64,000 nt of DNA from Candidatus Thorarchaeota archaeon (GCA_004524445.1 SDNP01000017.1:1-64000); one strand, 5' to 3'; positions 1-10,093 are shown, counted from the stretch's first letter. Numbers and translations: made by a program. The notes: generated from the sequence alone by a model not told the origin.

Positions 1-96
1 ATCACTCTGTCATACGCGAATTCAAGTGTACCTAGAGGGGGTGTACATAGCTGGCTCGTCCAATCCCGAAGGTACTTCTCCTTTAGTCAAGAGAGG

Positions 97-633
97 TTAT
101 TCCACCGTAGATTGATGTTCTTTTTCCCTATTTCTAATCGCTTCATATTCCGCCTCTGCCTTGGCTAATCTCTTTGGGAAAAGCCATTTGACATCAATGA
201 TTCCGCCTATGCCCATAATTATGAACCCAATACCAAACAGCAATAACATACCCAGATATTGTTGAATACTAGGATAGGCAAGATACAATGCTATCATGAA
301 AATTCCAACGGCAAAAGCAATCGGAGCTCCAACATAGGATTGCTTTACTCCCTTCTTGATACCATCAATCTCAGTCAGTTTCTCGTGGATCTGTCTTTCT
401 CTATCATGCATCCAAACTAGACTCCCATTGTATCTAATATGCGGTTTGCCTATTTCAGTATGTCGAGTTTTTATATAAAGAATAATGGAATCGAAGAACT
501 CTCTGATTCTCTCCTTATCCGGCAATTGCTCCTGATCAAAGATTCTTATCAGATCGCGTAGGTTGTCATAAGAAACGTGAGGGGCCTCATAAAGGACGCT
601 TCTCCAGAAATGCTCTTTCTCAATGTCGAGCAC
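97..633 (-). CDS. Hypothetical membrane protein (two C-terminal TM helices)
   Basis: 178-aa ORF with two hydrophobic segments; no recognised motif. Confidence 0.6.
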   Translation of the reverse strand: MLDIEKEHFWRSVLYEAPHVSYDNLRDLIRIFDQEQLPDKERIREFFDSIILYIKTRHTEIGKPHIRYNGSLVWMHDRERQIHEKLTEIDGIKKGVKQSYVGAPIAFAVGIFMIALYLAYPSIQQYLGMLLLFGIGFIIMGIGGIIDVKWLFPKRLAKAEAEYEAIRNREKEHQSTVE

Positions 634-695
634 ATCAATTGCTCCATCCGCGATTAGAATCTGAGGTGAATAAATAGGTCTGCATCTACAATAGC

Positions 696-1091
696 ATGAA
701 ATCCAAACATAGAGCGGACTGGTGCGTACGATTGGAAGAAGACTACAACGATCCAGACATATGTCCCAACACAGGGAAGACCAGATGGGAGTGTTCGTGT
801 TTCGACTGCAAACCGGATATCTTCAGATTCAAGTTTCTCTGCATCGGGTGTGATGACATAGACTGTGTCATTGGGGTGCTTGAGGGAACACTGGAGCGTT
901 TTCGCAGTTGGAAAGAACAAGGATATACAATCGGCGGAGGGATTGCAGATGATTACATGTACATTCTCCCCCCAAAGAGAGAGGGCTTTTTCGCGGTGAG
1001 CTGTTCATGTGGTGAGGTAGGTTATTGTGAGGTGAGGGGTAGTGATTGCTCATGTGAGTCCTGTGGAAGGGTTTGGACACTACCGTCCTAG
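696..1091 (+). CDS. Cys-rich putative multi-zinc-binding hypothetical protein
   Basis: 131 aa with clustered motifs CPNTG..ECSCFDC, CIGCDDIDC, CSCGEVGYC..CSCESCG. Confidence 0.6.
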   Translation: MKSKHRADWCVRLEEDYNDPDICPNTGKTRWECSCFDCKPDIFRFKFLCIGCDDIDCVIGVLEGTLERFRSWKEQGYTIGGGIADDYMYILPPKREGFFAVSCSCGEVGYCEVRGSDCSCESCGRVWTLPS

Positions 1092-1297
1092 CAATATGCA
1101 ACTCTCAATCCCCACCGCGAGGTACCCCATAGCGCTCCGGGTATAGGAGCAACCAAGAGCTCTGTTTATGTTCCTTTGAAGTAGGTTCTTTTGATTGGTT
1201 AGGGGCCGTTCTAGAGTCTAGATTAATTAAACCCCCTTCACCAGCCTCTTTTTCTGGTTCGAAGAGATTGGCATGTCCCCACCAGCGATAATCACAA

Positions 1298-2569
1298 TTA
1301 CAGAAATATACCATCTCCATATGAATCTGGCAAATTGAAGACGGCTTGCGCTGCAGTGTAGCCCTGTCCATCTCCGTTGTCATTATACCATGGTGTTTCA
1401 TTTCGACTATCAGTGACAGCAGCGTAAACAAAGGCTTCTTTCATTGAGATCAGCCCATCATTATCATAGTCTGCATTAATGGTCAATTGAGGGTCATGAA
1501 ACGAGAAACTGACCAGACCACACATGAAATGGTAGACAAACTCATCCCAAGCTCCTTCCGTGTCCGCACCATACGAATTCTGATTATCAGCACACGCTGT
1601 CATAATCACCCTGTTCTCTGCGCTCAGGTAGGAAATGAATTTACCAGATACACACTGTTCCATGACAATTATCATGTGCCTGCACGTTATTGCATCAAGC
1701 CAGTTACCAACCTGAGAATGAGTGAGCGCACCCGTGTTATCCATGGGTCCCCATACACTGATTCCACCGGAGCCTCCATGATTGGTTGTATAGAAGAACA
1801 GAGTGTCTCTGGAGCCCATCTCATCTGCCAGGTCACCAAAGACTGTATCCAGGGAAGTGTGAGTTGCAGGGTGATCTACAGGTGTATATCCATCCTCAGA
1901 AATACCATCCTTATAGATAACATAGATATTTTCAGCTTGATAGCCATGCATCTGCAAAATGAAATACATGTAGATGATGTCGTTCCAGTATCGATAGTAT
2001 GCTTTCTCCACGTTGATTCCTCCGCTGTAGAGAACAGCATATTTCGTTTCAGTGAGGTCGAATTGATCGAATGGAATAGACTCAGGTAATGCATGAATCG
2101 CATCGGTATATACTCCGGGATATGTGTCTGAAGTTGTTCCTTTAAAGTAGGAATCAAAGACCAGTTCTCCGGTTCCATCCGATTCCCTGAAGACATCAAA
2201 TATCCCTTTAACACGGATCTCGTATCCCCGGTATTCTCCCATTGATTCGGGAATGGTCCCTGTTATGACAATGTGATTCTGGCTATCCAATGAATTGTTG
2301 AAAAACACCAGTGGATTGGATACCAGCATATGATGATCTGCAGCGTAGATATAGAATCCAAGTACGGAAACAACCTTTCCAATGAAGTTTTCCATATTCT
2401 CGCCGGTGATATCTGCTATACCCATTGGCACATCCTCAGCTGGTACTGAATCATCCAACACAAGAAAATATGCCACTGTGGCAATATTAGATGTCAAAAG
2501 AATCAGAACTAGCACACTTAGTCTTGATGATTTTCGCTTGGTGGATTTCTTATTCCCCTTCTTAGGCAT
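1298..2569 (-). CDS. Membrane-anchored C13 (legumain/GPI8-like, clan CD) cysteine peptidase
   Basis: TNHGG (His) and EQCVSG (Cys) dyad, VIMTAC and DEFVYHF blocks, EF-hand-like DYDNDGLISMKE, N-terminal TM. Confidence 0.8.
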   Translation of the reverse strand: MPKKGNKKSTKRKSSRLSVLVLILLTSNIATVAYFLVLDDSVPAEDVPMGIADITGENMENFIGKVVSVLGFYIYAADHHMLVSNPLVFFNNSLDSQNHIVITGTIPESMGEYRGYEIRVKGIFDVFRESDGTGELVFDSYFKGTTSDTYPGVYTDAIHALPESIPFDQFDLTETKYAVLYSGGINVEKAYYRYWNDIIYMYFILQMHGYQAENIYVIYKDGISEDGYTPVDHPATHTSLDTVFGDLADEMGSRDTLFFYTTNHGGSGGISVWGPMDNTGALTHSQVGNWLDAITCRHMIIVMEQCVSGKFISYLSAENRVIMTACADNQNSYGADTEGAWDEFVYHFMCGLVSFSFHDPQLTINADYDNDGLISMKEAFVYAAVTDSRNETPWYNDNGDGQGYTAAQAVFNLPDSYGDGIFL

Positions 2570-2806
2570 CGTATGAACCTCTTAATTGGATGAAGAATAC
2601 ATCCACAGCTAGTAATAAGTAGAACCTATTTCAGAAAGGAGTCATAAACATTGCAAAAGAAATGCTATCTTTGTGATGTTGTGGGATATCTGATTGAAAA
2701 GCATGGATGGAAGATAGACCTGACTGACTCAAAACCGGCACCATTTGAAATCGTTATTCCAGAATACCAAATAATCCCATCATCAGAAAAAGATGATTGA
2801 TTGTCA

Positions 2807-3430
2807 CTATTGTTGATACAGATCTTCAAGAAAAGCCATGGTGTTTTTGAGTATGTAGCATGGTGTTTTACTCAATGTCTTACTAACATTCGCTTTTGAT
2901 GTCTTTACTATCTCTGAAATCTCTGAAAGGTTCTTTTGATCCCATAGGTAATAATAGCACTGCTGCAGTTGGGTTGTGCTCTGTCCAAGGAAGGACGTGA
3001 GGAACAGAATCGAAGTAATAACCATATTTGCCTCAATCTTTGATGAGTTCTCATCTATCCTGAAATCAGCAGACCTCGTCATGTATCTCATTTCCTTGAT
3101 TTCATCGAGAGCCATTCTTGCATTCCAGAAAGCCGGTCCATCGCTCTCGTCAGCCTGATCCTTTTGTAGGGTAATTCCCCCAGTTCCGAGGCCGACACGA
3201 AATTGCAATCCATCCATGAGGAGTCTGTGAAAGAGAAAGACAACCGGTTGCCAACTTGTTACTAGTAACTCAATACTATCTCCTTGAGTAAGAGCTGGAC
3301 GGGAGCTGCAATACTTCTCAAACCGGTCATAGAGTGTTGTCAAAAGATTCCGAAGTTCGTCATCCATTTCTTTTCGGCTATCGGAATCGAGATCCTTGGA
3401 TTCTACAATATCAAGAATAGCCGCAATCAT
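2807..3430 (-). CDS. SatD family protein with C-terminal HTH
   Basis: AILDIVESK, QGDSIE, FRVGLGTG, DGPAFWNARMALD motifs; HTH LSEISEIVKTSKANVSKTL. Confidence 0.8.
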   Translation of the reverse strand: MIAAILDIVESKDLDSDSRKEMDDELRNLLTTLYDRFEKYCSSRPALTQGDSIELLVTSWQPVVFLFHRLLMDGLQFRVGLGTGGITLQKDQADESDGPAFWNARMALDEIKEMRYMTRSADFRIDENSSKIEANMVITSILFLTSFLGQSTTQLQQCYYYLWDQKNLSEISEIVKTSKANVSKTLSKTPCYILKNTMAFLEDLYQQ

Positions 3431-3437
3431 TGTACAT

Positions 3438-3968
3438 TCATCCGGTCAAAAGAAACCTGAACCCAAACCAGGTCAATGCCAGGGCCAAGGTAATGCTCAT
3501 GAGGGTACCGAGGATGTACCAGTCAGCACAAGCTCGATCATCTGTACCCCGACTCGAATACCTGAAAATTGCTTTACTTGCAACAATGACCGAGAGAAAA
3601 CTCAATACCGAAACAAGTGAGATGGCGCTGTCAAAGTATGCAATCATGAATGCCACGTATATGAGACTCCTCTCTGTATAGCCAATGAGGTAGCCACCAT
3701 ATTGCAGACCACCACATATTTCTGAGATGTCCCCTTCCTCCGCTGTTCCCAATCGGGAAAATACGAAGTCGATAAACAGACCGGGTAGGAACAGAGTCAG
3801 AAGAAAATTGAAGAGGATGATGAAAGGTTGGGTAGGGATTGCTGGAGATAGATACGTTTCCATCACATAGAGGGAGATGATGCTAAGCACAGTCATTGCA
3901 ATGCCAAGAATCCTTTGATACTTCTTCATGTTCACACTTCCGTCTACTTTCGTTGTTGCAGGGCCCAT
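3438..3968 (-). CDS. SatE/DUF3307-associated membrane protein
   Basis: GYLIGYTER, SKAIFRY, WYILGTLMS motifs typical of SatD partners; 7 nt from the SatD gene. Confidence 0.7.
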   Translation of the reverse strand: MGPATTKVDGSVNMKKYQRILGIAMTVLSIISLYVMETYLSPAIPTQPFIILFNFLLTLFLPGLFIDFVFSRLGTAEEGDISEICGGLQYGGYLIGYTERSLIYVAFMIAYFDSAISLVSVLSFLSVIVASKAIFRYSSRGTDDRACADWYILGTLMSITLALALTWFGFRFLLTG

Positions 3969-3973
3969 AATAA

Positions 3974-4048
3974 GTTAACCTTTATAGTTTATAATACTTA
4001 TTGTTAACCTATATAGTTAATAATATATATAGTAAACCATTTTGGTTA
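3974..4048. promoter_or_regulatory. Three phased AAC-N7-GTT palindromic boxes (29-bp period), putative operators
   Basis: GTTAACCTTTATAGTT at 3974, GTTAACCTATATAGTT at 4003, GTAAACCATTTTGGTT at 4032. Confidence 0.6.
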
Positions 4049-4515
4049 GTATATTTTGTTCGGCAAAGTTTACTCCCCACAATCTCGAATCCATGGTATT
4101 TGTGAGTGTCATTCCCAGATGAAAATGAACAAGAAAAAATACACGTGCGCGGGTTATGCCTTGAATAGCGGATAATACGTGGCAGATTACTACGAACATC
4201 GATTTGATATACTAAAATCTAAGTTTGTTCGGATTACAATGCCACGGAGAGAAGAAACGGTACTGGGTTGAACTCCTTGAGGTCGTGGGATGACTTGGGA
4301 TGAGAGTTCAGAAGCAGAGTACTCAAGCGCCTCACTAAAGCCTACTCATTGTATAAACTGCCATCTCATATATGTCCAGATTTGCTGAATCTGTTGGAAT
4401 ACCCGGACAGGTCACGGATAGAAGTCGTACATTATTCGGCAGTATCATTTGAGTTGCAGAGATACAACCGCGTGATCTAGAAATTCTATGTGCAGAATGC
4501 AAATATCCAAGACGA

Positions 4516-4842
4516 CTACTCAAAAACTTCTAGCTCGCCTTCTATGGGGAATGTATCATCCGAGAAATCACTCTCTGCACTGGTGAGAGCCTTTTCAGCT
4601 GCCTTACACTTTTCAAGGTCCGGAACGTCTACGCCCAATATTCGCAGCTCCTCAACCACATAGTCGTTGATGTCGAATCTCCATACCTTACTGTATTGAT
4701 CCCATCCTCGATGAGAGAGTTTCCAATCCATTCTCTTGATGGACTTGACTAATTGCTTATTGTATTCAGTCTCGAGTGCAAATTTCATCCCGTAGCCATC
4801 TCCAGGATCTTCCAAATTCAGCTTATATGCCACCATTGTCAT
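4516..4842 (-). CDS. HARP-like domain protein, probably a truncated SNF2/SMARCAL1-type helicase N-terminus
   Basis: YNKQLVKSIKRM..RGWDQYSKVWRF resembles HARP; ORF stops where the helicase core would begin. Confidence 0.5.
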   Translation of the reverse strand: MTMVAYKLNLEDPGDGYGMKFALETEYNKQLVKSIKRMDWKLSHRGWDQYSKVWRFDINDYVVEELRILGVDVPDLEKCKAAEKALTSAESDFSDDTFPIEGELEVFE

Positions 4843-4927
4843 CTAAATCACCATCCTTTGTCATGTGGTAGCCAATACAAATCCATCGGTCTATTCACAA
4901 ATGAGTGGTCATTTCTTCATCTTCAAG

Positions 4928-5239
4928 CTAACGGATGTCATAACCACACTCCGGGCACCTAGTTTCCCCATATGGTATTGCCGTCCTACAAACTGGACAC
5001 TCATGGGCCGTCGGGCGTTCTAGGTGTTGCCCAAATCGTCCGGATCTTCTGATATTTTGTAACCCAATGGAGTCACTGTGTAATTCCGTATATCCACAGT
5101 TTGCACAAGTGTAAGAATCTAATGTTGCAGTTGAGAGGCCCGGAAGGTCCACCTTGATGTGTCCATCCCCACCATGAACATTATGAGGCCCGGCAATAGC
5201 ATTTCCTCCGCATTTGGGACAAGTGTTTGAGTTTTTCAT
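4928..5239 (-). CDS. Double zinc-ribbon protein
   Basis: CPKCGG..CANCGYTE and CPVC..CPECGY. Confidence 0.75.
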   Translation of the reverse strand: MKNSNTCPKCGGNAIAGPHNVHGGDGHIKVDLPGLSTATLDSYTCANCGYTELHSDSIGLQNIRRSGRFGQHLERPTAHECPVCRTAIPYGETRCPECGYDIR

Positions 5240-5295
5240 TTCCCCTCAAGAAGTAGGTGCAATGAAAGCACATAATTCTTAGGTTCATTTCTATG

Positions 5296-5325
5296 AAAAA
5301 GAGAACCCGAGGTTAATCCTCGGGT
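5296..5325 (-). terminator. Hairpin plus U-tract terminator of the ABC operon
   Basis: ACCCGAGG-TTAAT-CCTCGGGT followed by TCTCTTTTT on the minus strand, just after the permease stop. Confidence 0.7.
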
Positions 5326-5333
5326 CAACATGT

Positions 5334-6596
5334 TTACTCGGATCTAAGTGCCTCTACTGGCTCAAGCTTTGAAGCTCGACGAGCAGGATAGATTGCGAAT
5401 ATCACACTCACAAGAACCCCGAATATCAGTGCTTGAAACGCCAAGAGGGGGGTGACAACAGGGGTAATGCCAATAGAACCAGCTCCAGGTCCCCCCATGC
5501 CACCCGCACCGCTAAAGACTCCTCCGAATAGATTTGCAAGAAAGACTCCTACACCGATACCAAGGATACCACCAATCAGACCAATGATTAGAGCCTCGCC
5601 GAGAAATATTCCGAGAATAGACCGTCCCTTTGCGCCAAGGGCCTTGAGAATGCCAATCTCCCGGGTTCGCTCCATGAGTGAAACAATCATGATGTTCATG
5701 ATTCCTATCCCGGCAACAAGCAGGGAGATGCCGCCAATGCCTGCAAGTAGAAGCTCAACAGTGGCCAGCGCACTTGAGATTGTGCTCAGTAAAGCTGTTG
5801 CAGAGGTGACTGTCACCTCATTGAGGAAGAGCTCCTCGATTTCATCAGATACACTAGCTATGAATTCCTCGTCATCACTTTCGAGTTTCACAGCAATTTG
5901 ACTCACTTCCTCAGTTTCAAAATAGACCATGGCTGATTCAAGCGGGATGTACATGCCACTATCCGAGGGTCCGAAGCCAATAGCACCAATTTCCTCCAAT
6001 ATTCCAACAACAGTCAATGATTTGTTAATTGGTACCAGTTGGGTCCCGTTTCTCTCGGTGTAGTACACGTTGAATGTGTCACCCAGTTCAACAGGGTGAG
6101 TACCATTTCCCCAAGGATCATAGAGCCTGTATCCGATGACCGCCTCATCGTCAGCCGGACTGTCGGGAATGCTTCCATATTCAGCAACAAATGTGGAATA
6201 TATTTGCTTATACGAATCAAAATTAACGCCCGTTAGACTGACTAACCTATCCATGTTTTCCAACTCGGCAGTGACTGTTTCTGAAACAGATGCGGAAGAT
6301 GTGACCACACCATCGATTTCGTTGATGAGGTCTGTATCATTGGCATAGAGAGTAAAATCCGAGTCATCACCACCAAATCCAAAGAAGCCACCTGACCCAG
6401 GAGAAACAGTTACAACGTCGGTTGAGAGACCCTCTTGAAATTGTCCTGAAATAGCAACTTGAAATCCTTGTGTGAAGGAGAGCAGTGCAACGATTGCTCC
6501 TATACCGATAACAATGCCAAGAGTGGTGAGACCAGATCTTAGTTTCCGAAGGCGGATAGCTCCAAATGAATAGGATAGCGTGTCACGAATTTTCAC
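5334..6596 (-). CDS. MacB/FtsX-family ABC permease
   Basis: RSGLTTLGIVIGIGAIVAL, GIMNIMIVSLMERTREIGILKALGA, YPARRAS. Confidence 0.95.
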   Translation of the reverse strand: MKIRDTLSYSFGAIRLRKLRSGLTTLGIVIGIGAIVALLSFTQGFQVAISGQFQEGLSTDVVTVSPGSGGFFGFGGDDSDFTLYANDTDLINEIDGVVTSSASVSETVTAELENMDRLVSLTGVNFDSYKQIYSTFVAEYGSIPDSPADDEAVIGYRLYDPWGNGTHPVELGDTFNVYYTERNGTQLVPINKSLTVVGILEEIGAIGFGPSDSGMYIPLESAMVYFETEEVSQIAVKLESDDEEFIASVSDEIEELFLNEVTVTSATALLSTISSALATVELLLAGIGGISLLVAGIGIMNIMIVSLMERTREIGILKALGAKGRSILGIFLGEALIIGLIGGILGIGVGVFLANLFGGVFSGAGGMGGPGAGSIGITPVVTPLLAFQALIFGVLVSVIFAIYPARRASKLEPVEALRSE

Positions 6597-6597
6597 T

Positions 6598-7308
6598 CTA
6601 GTTCACCTCATCTGAAATAATCAATCCATCACGCATTCTTACTGTACGCCGTGCAAACTGGCTCGCTTCTGGATCGTGAGTTACCATGATAATGGTCACA
6701 TTCTCTTTGCTATTCAAATCTGCAACAAGCTCCATTACGCCTACTGCAGTCTTTGAGTCTAAATTACCGGTCGGTTCATCCATCAGTAGAAAGCTGGGAT
6801 TGTTCACCAGGGCACGAGCCATGGTCACCCGCTGACGTTCTCCGCCACTCAGTTCTGACGGCTTGTGGTGCCTCCGATCTGCAAGGCCAACCTTCTCCAA
6901 AGCTCTTTTTGCCAGATCTCGTCTCTCATCTCGAGGAACACCTGATATCATCAATGGTAGTTCCACATTTCCTTGTGCATCCAATCGCGGAATGAGATTG
7001 AAGAACTGAAAGACGAATCCAACATTCTTTCTCAGGTCTGCTAATTCATTATCATCCAACTCTGATATGTCAACGCCATCAATGATGACATTCCCACTAG
7101 TGGGTCTATCTAGGGCACCAACCATGTTCAGAAGGGTGGACTTACCACTTCCCGAAGGTCCTAGTATGGCAAGGAACTCCCCCTCATGCAATTCAAAACT
7201 GATTCCTCTCAAAGCTTGGACAGGAACTTCTCCAAGCCTATACGTCTTTGTTACATCTTTTACATTCAGTACTTTGCTCACTTCTTTCGACCTCTTTGAT
7301 ATGGTCAC
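6598..7308 (-). CDS. LolD/MacB-type ABC ATP-binding protein
   Basis: Walker A GPSGSGKS, LSGGERQR, Walker B LLMDEPTGNLD. Confidence 0.95.
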   Translation of the reverse strand: MTISKRSKEVSKVLNVKDVTKTYRLGEVPVQALRGISFELHEGEFLAILGPSGSGKSTLLNMVGALDRPTSGNVIIDGVDISELDDNELADLRKNVGFVFQFFNLIPRLDAQGNVELPLMISGVPRDERRDLAKRALEKVGLADRRHHKPSELSGGERQRVTMARALVNNPSFLLMDEPTGNLDSKTAVGVMELVADLNSKENVTIIMVTHDPEASQFARRTVRMRDGLIISDEVN

Positions 7309-7321
7309 AACGTACAGCTGT

Positions 7322-8074
7322 TCATTCTATGCGCTCCAGAATATCATCCAGCCTCTGTGAAGTCTTCTTGAAGAGCGAGTCTACTTCTTGAGCTAGATTA
7401 GGATCCGGGTTCTCGCAGATTTCTATAGCTAATTCCATCATCCGTCTAAAGAGACCCCGGGCAGAATCACTAAGATACTTGATATCATCTGGGAGCTCTA
7501 GAAAGGGAGGAGCAGGAACGGGACCCGAAATAAGGCGTTTCCTCATCTGTTCAAACATTCCCGTCTGCTCATCAAGGAAAGCCTGTCCCAACTCTGTGAG
7601 TTTGTATCTCTTTTTTCCATCTACTACTGGGAGTTCTTCAATAATTCCTCGTTCTTTCAGTTGCTGAAGAAGCGGATAGATAGATCCCGGACTGGGTCTA
7701 TAGCTTCCGGCAGTATCTCTTTCAATTTGATCAGAAATCTCTGATCCAGCCATCGACTTGTCCCTTAGCATGAACAATACTCGATAGCGCAAATACCCAC
7801 GAGGAACTCTTCCAGTTTGTTTTACCCAGTTGCTAAAGGGAATACCTTGTATCATGCCTTCTTTGATATCACTGGCATGTTTCTCATCGAGATAGTACTT
7901 ACCATCCTCTTCAAGGAAAGGCAGGTCAGCTCCCATTGGTGATGACATCAAATATTTGAACATCTTCGGTAAGCCAAGCTCTTCGAGCGTCAGGGCGCCT
8001 GCTTTGTTTGTGGCTCCCTTCTCTCGAAAGATCTTGATGGTCTCGTTGAGTTTTTCACGCAAATTAAGCTGCAA
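7322..8074 (-). CDS. PadR-family regulator with N-terminal extra domain
   Basis: GYLRYRVL..PSPGSIYPLLQQL..KRYKLTELG. Confidence 0.85.
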   Translation of the reverse strand: MQLNLREKLNETIKIFREKGATNKAGALTLEELGLPKMFKYLMSSPMGADLPFLEEDGKYYLDEKHASDIKEGMIQGIPFSNWVKQTGRVPRGYLRYRVLFMLRDKSMAGSEISDQIERDTAGSYRPSPGSIYPLLQQLKERGIIEELPVVDGKKRYKLTELGQAFLDEQTGMFEQMRKRLISGPVPAPPFLELPDDIKYLSDSARGLFRRMMELAIEICENPDPNLAQEVDSLFKKTSQRLDDILERIE

Positions 8075-8099
8075 GTTGTCACGAACCTATGTCATTAGT

Positions 8100-8129
8100 G
8101 ATATCGTAAGCGATATCGCATTCGATAAT
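8100..8129. promoter_or_regulatory. Overlapping palindromes, putative PadR operator
   Basis: GATATCG-TAAG-CGATATC (8100-8117) and GATATCG-CATT-CGATAAT (8112-8129) upstream of padR. Confidence 0.6.
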
Positions 8130-8249
8130 AAACTTTGTGTTGAGAGCCGTTGTCGTGAGAAAGTGGATGGTACCTAGGATCTGTCCACTCCGAAACAGTC
8201 TGCTTAAAAAGAGGAATACAAACGCTAATTCCTACATGAAGGTCTGACA

Positions 8250-9476
8250 ATGGAAGAGAAGTCACTTGTCTTTACTAGAAGTGGGGCAGCAATCATTCCC
8301 ATGCAGCTCACATCAGGCTTCATCAACTCACTCTATTTCACGTTCATACCTCTATACGTCTACGATCTTTACGGGTTTATTGCAAGCTCCCTCTGCCGGA
8401 CTCTTGTGGCAGTGACCGCCATCTTACTATCATGGGTGTGGGGGTGGGTGAGCGATGTCTTCTCGTCAAAGAAGAAACTACTAGTCATTTCTATTCTTGG
8501 CCAAGCGATTTTCACAGTGCTCTTTGCCCTAACTCAGATTGTTGGAGAACCTGGATTGATGAATCTCATCTTTATCCTCTTCATGTATACCCTTGCAGCC
8601 CTGTTTACGTCAATGTACAATCCTGTGAGAAATTCAGTAATCACTCTCATGTCCAAGGAAGAAGGTAGAGCATCAAATATCGGCTCTTTCTTTCTCTTTT
8701 CTTCAGCAGGGTGGGGAATAGGCGCTCTAATTATCGGCTATCTGTGGGAGATTATTCCTCTGTACTGGATCTTCATTTTCACCGGAGGGATACACCTTTT
8801 GTCCATGGTCATTTTTCAGGCGGTCTTCCAAGAGAGCGATGTAACAACAGAAGAATCCACACGAAGAGGAATCATTGAAGGGCTGAGAAACATGAAACCG
8901 CTCCTGCTATACATTACCCTAGCAATCCTGCTAGTGAGTGTGGGCAGAGGAATCTTTCTCCCGATTTTCCAAATCAAGATGTACATCATTTTTGGACGAG
9001 AGAGTCTCTGGATTGGCATCATCTCAGCATTGAGTGGACTGGCAGGGGCAATAGGGTCGTTTGCATATGGGAAGCTTACAGATCGTATTGGAGATTCATT
9101 TGCACTTAAACTGGGCATCTTTGGGAACGTGGCGCTCTTCCTTCTTGGCATTCTTAACCATCCATTAACCGCAGCCCTAGTTTGGATCTTTCCTGTTTGG
9201 CCATTGATTGCTGTTTCTTCGGTTTCACTCGCTGCAGGACATTCAGAAGAAACAAGAAGAGGCGAGGCACAAGGTGTTGTAGAGAGTGCAAGGTCTTTCT
9301 CCGGCTTCTTTTCAGTCATTGGCGGGATTGTGGCTACATTTGTAGGTGCTGAGGAGAATGTGGATAATCTGAATCCGTTCTTCTTCTCGTTGATAACGCT
9401 ACCACTCTTAGCATTGATTCCAGTCTCAAGAAGCAAGCTGGGTGAAGAAGAGAGGAGGAAGAGGGAAGAAGATTGA
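8250..9476 (+). CDS. MFS transporter
   Basis: About 12 TM; WGWVSD..KKK and GKLTDRIG loop motifs. Confidence 0.9.
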   Translation: MEEKSLVFTRSGAAIIPMQLTSGFINSLYFTFIPLYVYDLYGFIASSLCRTLVAVTAILLSWVWGWVSDVFSSKKKLLVISILGQAIFTVLFALTQIVGEPGLMNLIFILFMYTLAALFTSMYNPVRNSVITLMSKEEGRASNIGSFFLFSSAGWGIGALIIGYLWEIIPLYWIFIFTGGIHLLSMVIFQAVFQESDVTTEESTRRGIIEGLRNMKPLLLYITLAILLVSVGRGIFLPIFQIKMYIIFGRESLWIGIISALSGLAGAIGSFAYGKLTDRIGDSFALKLGIFGNVALFLLGILNHPLTAALVWIFPVWPLIAVSSVSLAAGHSEETRRGEAQGVVESARSFSGFFSVIGGIVATFVGAEENVDNLNPFFFSLITLPLLALIPVSRSKLGEEERRKREED

Positions 9477-9526
9477 ACCTGTATCGGGCATATCTCTGGT
9501 GATAGAGCTCCGTAAGCCAGATGCTG

Positions 9527-10093
9527 CTAGAAGGATTTGATCAATTTCTTCTTTACAACCGACAACAGGGCATCAAAAGCTACAGGTTCTTGATCATTCT
9601 CTTTGGTCAGATGCTCAAGGACCCTTGCAGTCTTGACGCACTCCTCCTTGCCCACAATGGTGTCATCCGAATGATCTATGAAGTCCAATGCCCCTAGATA
9701 GCCATAATCTATACTGAGAGCTATTGCCCAATCCTTGAATTTACAGGCAATGCTCCAGGCCACAAATCTTAGGACAGAGAGATCTTTAGAACAGGCTCTG
9801 CGAGTGATATCCATTAAGAGATAGTCCAGCCGCGAATTCATTTGTTCAAGATTTCTTGATAATTCTTGTATGTTTTCTGCCAACTCTTCTTCTTGGATTT
9901 CGTCTGTCGTCTTGCTGAAGACATTGATTCTGTCCCAGGTTGAGATAGCACTCTTAACATCCGATAACATGGCCTCGGAGTCATCCATCCGATCTCGAGC
10001 ATAGGAAATGTCTTGAGCCAGTCTACTAATCTCGGATGAGTCTCTCGCTTTTTCAAGCAATAATTCTACGACATTTTCCGGCATGAATACCAT
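9527..10093 (-). CDS. Hypothetical coiled-coil protein
   Basis: 188 aa with heptad-like helical N-terminal half. Confidence 0.6.
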   Translation of the reverse strand: MVFMPENVVELLLEKARDSSEISRLAQDISYARDRMDDSEAMLSDVKSAISTWDRINVFSKTTDEIQEEELAENIQELSRNLEQMNSRLDYLLMDITRRACSKDLSVLRFVAWSIACKFKDWAIALSIDYGYLGALDFIDHSDDTIVGKEECVKTARVLEHLTKENDQEPVAFDALLSVVKKKLIKSF

